From contig CAZOYL010000032.1 of NCBI GenBank assembly GCA_964584035.1, positions 1,320-22,618 of the forward strand: a stretch of 21,299 nucleotides of DNA, read 5' to 3'. This document shows, piece by piece, positions 16,901-21,299 of this stretch; the first letter of the stretch is position 1, and every line of letters begins with the position of its first letter. The position numbers were made by a program, and so were the translations under genes. The notes under the pieces are model-generated. The model worked only from the letters and a program-made list of their open reading frames with translations, was not told the origin of the DNA and did no database searches. Origin of the DNA: an uncultured Gemmatimonadota bacterium. GTDB lineage: Bacteria > SM23-81.

Positions 16901-19349
16901 CAGTTTCCATTCCACCGTGGGGAGTATTCAGACTCCGGTCACCACCGACGAGGCGGGCCAGGCCGGCACCGTCCTGTCCAGCGCGCCCGCCAGCACGGAT
17001 ACGGTGGCCGTGATCTCGGCTACAGCCGGGTCGATGACTCAGACGGCGGAAGTGACTCTGCGGGGCGTCTCGCTGGAGTTGTCCTTCGATCCGGGCAGCC
17101 TGCTGGCCGACGGCATGAGCTCCTCGGCGGTCAGGGTCCTGTATAAGGAATCCACCAGCGGCGAGCCCATACCGGGAGAGACGGTCAGTTTCCTCAGTTT
17201 CGAGGATCACGACGATGACGGCGTTCTGGACGGCGGCGAGGAGCTCCTGGGGACGGTGACCGGCGAGGCCGTCACCGATGCCTCCGGACAGGCCGTGGCC
17301 GCCTTCGTGAGTCCGGCCGACAGCAGCTACCGCGTGGCCACCATCCGGGCCGTCACTCCGGGCGGCGTGGACTGCAGCGAGGCTGTCCCGGTCTATGGCG
17401 TGCGTCTGAATCTGGCGGCCGGCGACAGCTCTATCGCGGCCAACGGCAGCAGCACCACCCAGGTCGTGGCCACTCTGACGGCCTACGACGGGGAAGGAGC
17501 CTCCGGGCCCATCGAGAGCAAAACGGTCGTTTTCAGCACCAATTTAGGCAGCCTGTCGCCGGAAACCGGGATCACCGGATCCACCGGGCAGGTCCACACC
17601 ACTTTGACCAGCAGCTCCTATCCGGGAACGGCCCTGATCGATGCGGCCTGCGGCGAGGACATTTCTCGAACCATCAAGGTGGTCTATACCGCCAGCATTC
17701 CCGATACCATCATGCTCAGCGCCGAGCCGGCCGTTCTTCCGGCCGACGGTGTGAGCACCTCGCAGATCACGGCTAACATCATCGACGCCAATCACAATCC
17801 CGTCTCCGACGGCACCCTGGTGAGCTTTCAGACCTCGGCGGGTATGATCACCGAGGCCGATGTGACCGAGGCAGGGGTGGCCCACGCCACCCTGACCAGT
17901 TGCACCAATCCGGGGCAGGTGACCATCACCGCCAGCGCTGCGCGGCCGGACAGCGGACAGGTCACCTCCAGCCCGCTGCTGTTGACTCTTACGTCGGATC
18001 AGGCCGCCTCGATCGCCCTGAGCGCGGAGCCCGACACCATCCGGGCCGATGGTTCATCGACCACCACCCTGACGGCTCTGGTCCTGGGTTCCTACGGCAA
18101 TCCCGTGACCGTGGGCATGCAGGTGAATTTTCAGACCTCCCTGGGCAGCATAACGCCATACGCCTTCACCAGCGAGGAGGGAGCGGCTCAGGCCGTTCTC
18201 ACCTCCGAGACCACCACCGGCATGGCCGTGGTCACGGCGACGGCCACCGGCGTCAGCGCCCACGCCGAGATTCACTTCATCTCCGGTCAGGCTTCCAATA
18301 TCATCCTGGTGGCCGTCACCGACGATTCCATCGGGGTTCAGGGATCCGGTGACAATGAGACCGCCACCATCACCTTCGAGGTCCGCGATGATACCGGATC
18401 ACCCCTGGATCTCAGCCAGCAGGTGGCCGTGGATTTCGAGATCGTGGGTCCGGCCGGCGGCGGAGAATTCCTGGAGCCGGTCTCCGACATGACCGATGCC
18501 TACGGCCGGGTGCAGACCACGCTCAACAGCGGCACGGCGGCCAAGACGGTCAACATCAGGGCCGCCATCGACAGCCTGGGTATCTCCTCGGAGGCCATCA
18601 GCATCGCCATTCACGGCGGCCCGCCCGACGCGGCCCATTTCAGCGTCGTGCCCCAATATCGCAACTTTGCCGGCTGGAAGACCTATGGGCTGCAGAACAG
18701 CATTACGGCCTTTGTCGGCGACCAGTACGGGAATCCGGTCCCCGAGGGAACTTCGGTCTATTTCTCGACCACCGGCGGCATCATCGAGGGTTCGGGGAAC
18801 ACCAACTCTCTGGGCCAGGCCAGCGTCACCCTGGTGTCCTCCTCGCCGCTGCCCGTCTCGACCGCCCTGGATCCGTCCACCAATTACACCAGCAACGTCT
18901 CCGGATACTGTGATTTCACCACGCCCAAGAATGGGGACGGGCAGACCATCATCTTCGCCCAGACCGTGGATCGCCTGGGTGCTGCCATCTGGACCGATGC
19001 ACGGACCATCTTCTCCGGCGATACGGGTATCTTCAGTGTCAGCCCGACCTCCTTTACGGTCGCCAACGGCGGTTCGCAAAGTTTCAGTTTCCGGGTACAT
19101 GACCTTAACGGCAATCCTTTGACCGCCGGAACGACCATCAATGTGAGCGCTTCGGTGGGGAATCTGATCGGCGACGTAAATGTGACTCTGCCGGACACAC
19201 AGTCTTCCGGATATACTCAGTTCTCCTTCCTGCTGGTGGACGACGATGCCGCTGAGACCGAACCCGCCCAGTCGTGTATCGTGACCATATCGGTGAACAG
19301 CAGCAGTAACGGAAACGCCAGCACCATCATCATGGGGACGGTCGATTAA
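13944..19349 (+). CDS. Giant lipoprotein (~1801 aa) with about 17 tandem invasin/intimin-like Ig (Big_1) domains; probable adhesin or surface scaffold
   Basis: GGGAGG RBS before ATG 13944 and a lipoprotein-type signal ending LLISFS-C27. Repeats of ~95-110 aa follow the form L(L/I)A(D/N)GxSxxxITAxxxDxxGxPxxGxxVxFxTxxG...TDxxGxAxxxL. Confidence 0.9.
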   Translation: MELKKLRWLLSLWFCLSLGALLISFSCTKHRSANPMAPVGDPTVFITALEVDPPLVDPGTGSSTITARVVDAEGQPVSGRTVEFTTTLGTVDPQAETDASGEAAAVYHSGSNDGVAVVTASVGNVHRTAEIQVGLGTGMIMAEPASLLADGISTSQITARIRDDAGQPRAGITVYFSTTCGQITFSAVTDGEGKAAAALTGPVSTVDTTAYVSVGTVQARGLVSDGPLGQKTRKLDGQDGGDAAAKGMTGAAAAELGRVEFRGIRLSMVSEDTELSADGLSTTQLTAALTECSPPNEPVAGLPVTFTTDLGSVSPREVITNADGVAIATLISGKNPGTASVRAEYRSAVADSIAVTMRALTLTLTIGQPSLLADGQSTTEVTARLLNSDGNPVSGASVDFTVDRGSISSPHTTGADGRAAATLTSGTAPGTCHISASYGSGVSAAAEVEFSSYDLSLSSNPSSLLADGADSSLITVVLRDGTGSPLAGETVQLSTDLGTIEPQAVVTDAGGSGLAYLTSWASAVDTQAVVTAAFKGGSGQTIVAQRGVSLTISADPGAIVANGTSQTTIMATLQETSSGLPLASRRITFQTNLGVITGEVLTNSWGQASAVLGSEVFAGTATVTARYGPGLQQSTEVEFLPTDVSGVSLESEYGQLLADGERQSIMTATVTDADGQPLENVAVNFSCDAGSVEEMAVTDQSGQARATYISPVVSADQTVTLTASVGTLHDEVQVELLGITFQVQIVDEEVLADGLSDTEIIAQVLETTSGLPLVGRTILFRCFQDLDQDGVQDGGEIGLGQIDAQAVTDASGQARAALVSRASGQDLVATVRAESAAGLTATDTVIMIGLVLEMTADPASIVANGVSTTTVRATLRENNRGYGVSGKEVQFNANLGDLLESRGTTDEIGQVAIILMSSTSAGAAQISASYGNTITGSATVNFTAVEAAEIQLLPQAESLLADGTDAVDLHVTVADADGKPIAGLPVSFHSTVGSIQTPVTTDEAGQAGTVLSSAPASTDTVAVISATAGSMTQTAEVTLRGVSLELSFDPGSLLADGMSSSAVRVLYKESTSGEPIPGETVSFLSFEDHDDDGVLDGGEELLGTVTGEAVTDASGQAVAAFVSPADSSYRVATIRAVTPGGVDCSEAVPVYGVRLNLAAGDSSIAANGSSTTQVVATLTAYDGEGASGPIESKTVVFSTNLGSLSPETGITGSTGQVHTTLTSSSYPGTALIDAACGEDISRTIKVVYTASIPDTIMLSAEPAVLPADGVSTSQITANIIDANHNPVSDGTLVSFQTSAGMITEADVTEAGVAHATLTSCTNPGQVTITASAARPDSGQVTSSPLLLTLTSDQAASIALSAEPDTIRADGSSTTTLTALVLGSYGNPVTVGMQVNFQTSLGSITPYAFTSEEGAAQAVLTSETTTGMAVVTATATGVSAHAEIHFISGQASNIILVAVTDDSIGVQGSGDNETATITFEVRDDTGSPLDLSQQVAVDFEIVGPAGGGEFLEPVSDMTDAYGRVQTTLNSGTAAKTVNIRAAIDSLGISSEAISIAIHGGPPDAAHFSVVPQYRNFAGWKTYGLQNSITAFVGDQYGNPVPEGTSVYFSTTGGIIEGSGNTNSLGQASVTLVSSSPLPVSTALDPSTNYTSNVSGYCDFTTPKNGDGQTIIFAQTVDRLGAAIWTDARTIFSGDTGIFSVSPTSFTVANGGSQSFSFRVHDLNGNPLTAGTTINVSASVGNLIGDVNVTLPDTQSSGYTQFSFLLVDDDAAETEPAQSCIVTISVNSSSNGNASTIIMGTVD

Positions 19350-19443
19350 GAAATGACCAATAAGAGCTCCGTTGAAGAGTTTTCGCTTGAGATATTGAAT
19401 TACGCGCAACCATCGATGCCCTCGAATCGGAAAGGATAAGGCC

Positions 19444-20211
19444 ATGCGTCGAAAAGTCTGCTTAACGGTGGCGGGAGCATTCCTGCTGATTACCGCCGTC
19501 CGGGCCGGCGCCTATACGGTGGGCAATCCAATAGAGGCCGCCGGTGTGGGCAAGCTGGCCGTCAGCGCCGAATACGAATACCAGGAGCATCAGCTGCCGG
19601 ATGTCGACGACATCGAATCCAGGCGATATCTTGTCAAAGCCGCCATCGGTCTGACCTCCTGGCTGGATCTGTTTGCCAAGGGGGGCGCCGCCCACCTGGA
19701 GATTCCCCTGGAGGGCGAGCGCTTCGTCGGAGAGGACAAATTCGCCTGGGGCGCCGGAGCCCGGGCCACCCTGTGGCACCTGCCGAGATGGCAACTGGAG
19801 CTCTTTTCCAGCGGACAGATTCTTTCCTTTCACACCAGCGGCCGCATCGACCAGGAGGTCACCACCTCGCCGGAGGTCTGGACCCGGCGGCTGGACAGCA
19901 AATTTATCTGGTGGGAATATGGCGGAGCCCTGGGCCTCAAGATGCGCCGAGGCATCCTGCGCCCTTATGCGGGAGTCGACGTTTCCTACGTGGAGGGGGA
20001 GAAGATCACCCGGCAGACCAACATGTTTTCCTATGGCACCGTCTACGCCGGCAGCAGGGGCGCCGAGTTCAGCAGTGAGAATGTGGTCTTCAACGGTTTC
20101 GGGGGCCTGGATATCCTCCTGCCCCTGCGGTACCGGCTGTCACTGGAGCTTCGCGGAAAGAGCCGCGATCAAATCTCCTTCACGCTCGGCCTGAGCCAGC
20201 GGTCGCCGTGA
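19444..20211 (+). CDS. Exported outer-membrane beta-barrel protein with chlamydial MOMP-like motifs
   Basis: Signal peptide (MRRKVCLTVAGAFLLITAVRAGA), amphipathic strands, and the motifs VGNP, DLFAKGGA, FAWGAGARATLW, WEYGGALGL, RPYAGV and LSLELR. AAGGA RBS. Confidence 0.7.
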   Translation: MRRKVCLTVAGAFLLITAVRAGAYTVGNPIEAAGVGKLAVSAEYEYQEHQLPDVDDIESRRYLVKAAIGLTSWLDLFAKGGAAHLEIPLEGERFVGEDKFAWGAGARATLWHLPRWQLELFSSGQILSFHTSGRIDQEVTTSPEVWTRRLDSKFIWWEYGGALGLKMRRGILRPYAGVDVSYVEGEKITRQTNMFSYGTVYAGSRGAEFSSENVVFNGFGGLDILLPLRYRLSLELRGKSRDQISFTLGLSQRSP

Positions 20212-20238
20212 ATGATGCCGCCGATCCCGAAGGCTTTG

Positions 20239-20272
20239 ACGCCGTGGAGGGGCTTTTCTCCACGGCGTTTTT
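20239..20272 (+). terminator. Intrinsic terminator
   Basis: ACGCCGTGGAG-gggctttt-CTCCACGGCGT forms an 11-bp stem followed by TTTT. Confidence 0.85.
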
Positions 20273-20275
20273 CTA

Positions 20276-20304
20276 TTGACACCGCAGCCCTCTTTTTGTA
20301 CTAT
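20276..20304 (+). promoter_or_regulatory. Putative sigma-70 promoter for the MscS-family gene
   Basis: TTGACA (20276-81), 17-bp spacer, TACTAT (20299-304), immediately after the terminator. Confidence 0.75.
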
Positions 20305-20372
20305 GTGTCTGATTCGGTCCGATCTGCGCTGCAGATCCTTTTATCGCTAACCTGATTTTTAAGGGTGCCGCC

Positions 20373-21299
20373 GTGTCAGAGATGTGGACCTATGTGAGCA
20401 CCAACGATGTGCTCTATCATCTGATTTACGCCCTGGCCGTCTTCCTGGTGCTCGAGATCCTCTTCCGAATTCTCTCCCGGGTGAAGGTGCTGCGGATCTC
20501 GGCGCCTCTGGCGCATTTCACCTTCATGCTCATCTTCCTCCTGATCCTCCTGACGCGTTCCGGGGTTCCCGCCGGACTGTTCGGCATGAAACTGCTCCAC
20601 TCGACGGTCCTGTTCCTCGGTTCTCTGATCCTGTTGAACATCCTCGATCATCTGGTCGTCAATGTCCTCCTGGAGGACCAACGGGACATCAAGGTGCCCG
20701 TCCTTCTGCAGCAGCTCGTCCGCATCGCCCTGCTGGTGCTGGTGCTGTTCGTCATTATCTCCAAGGTCTTTGAAGCCAAGTTATCCACCCTGCTGGTCAG
20801 CTCGGCGGTCGTCTCGGCCGTCATCGGTTTGGCCCTGCAGGATGTCCTCGGCAACGTGGTGGCCGGAGTCGCTCTGCACGTCGGCAAGCCGTTCAAGGTG
20901 GGGGACTGGGTGTCGGCCAGCGACCAGGTGGGAGCCATTATCCAGACCAGCTGGCGCTCCACGACTATCAGGACCCTGGAGGGCGATTATGTCGTCCTGC
21001 CCAACGGCAGCATCGCCCGTGAGAAGATCATCAACTACTCGGATCCCAATCCGCGGCATGCCGAGTTCGCCGAGGTGGGAGCCCGGTATGAGCACCCGCC
21101 GAATCTCGTCAAGGAGGCCATGATCCAGGCGGCCCGGGGAACGGAAGGGGTCCTTCCGGAGCCGCATCCCAGGGTCTGGGTGATGGAGTACGGGGATTTC
21201 TCCGTTCAATACAAGATGAAATACTGGATCGATAATTTCCCCATCCACCCGGACATTAGAGATCGGGTGATGAGCAACATCTGGTATCAATTCCGCCGC
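20373..21299 (+). CDS. MscS-family mechanosensitive ion channel, 3'-truncated by the window edge (absent from the ORF track)
   Basis: The frame from GTG 20373 / ATG 20382 stays open to the end of the window. Several TM helices are followed by TLLVSSAVVSAVIGLALQDVLGNVVAGVALHVGKPFKVGDWV...SWRSTTIRTLEGDYVVLPNGSIAREKIINYS...YGDFSVQY, the MscS core. Confidence 0.92.
   Translation, partial: MSEMWTYVSTNDVLYHLIYALAVFLVLEILFRILSRVKVLRISAPLAHFTFMLIFLLILLTRSGVPAGLFGMKLLHSTVLFLGSLILLNILDHLVVNVLLEDQRDIKVPVLLQQLVRIALLVLVLFVIISKVFEAKLSTLLVSSAVVSAVIGLALQDVLGNVVAGVALHVGKPFKVGDWVSASDQVGAIIQTSWRSTTIRTLEGDYVVLPNGSIAREKIINYSDPNPRHAEFAEVGARYEHPPNLVKEAMIQAARGTEGVLPEPHPRVWVMEYGDFSVQYKMKYWIDNFPIHPDIRDRVMSNIWYQFRR

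Noticed and set aside
14040..19349. CRISPR-like or exact DNA repeat array in the giant gene
   Set aside because: The repeats are divergent protein-level Ig domains, with no identical direct repeats separated by spacers.
18399..21290. Alternative-frame and antisense ORFs over the lipoprotein 3' end, the barrel gene and the last kb
   Set aside because: They are shadows. The real gene in the last kb is the stop-less MscS frame from 20373/20382.

Overview
GC-rich bacterial chromosomal window in which every credible gene lies on the + strand. The T9SS/FlgD-type C-terminal tails and the 'C-x-K...NP' lipoprotein suggest an FCB-superphylum lineage (inference). The left half is housekeeping: the 3' part of mtnA, the translation cluster rplM-rpsI-rpsB-tsf-pyrH-frr-uppS-cdsA, an uncharacterised outer-membrane beta-barrel gene, and a pentose-phosphate block (Tal-Pgi-type pgi, rpiA, rpe, and a decayed gnd-like stub). 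The right half is a cell-surface locus. It holds two secreted proteins with unrelated N-terminal domains on a shared ~195-aa C-terminal sorting module, a ~1800-aa lipoprotein of about 17 invasin/intimin-like Ig (Big_1) domains, a barrel protein with chlamydial MOMP-like motifs, and an MscS-family channel cut by the window edge. Two surface genes have correctly spaced sigma-54 (-24/-12) promoter motifs. I found no tRNA, rRNA, CRISPR array, transposase, integrase or reverse transcriptase. The best candidate for an undescribed system is the sigma-54-linked surface locus. All family assignments come from motif recognition by eye, not database searches.
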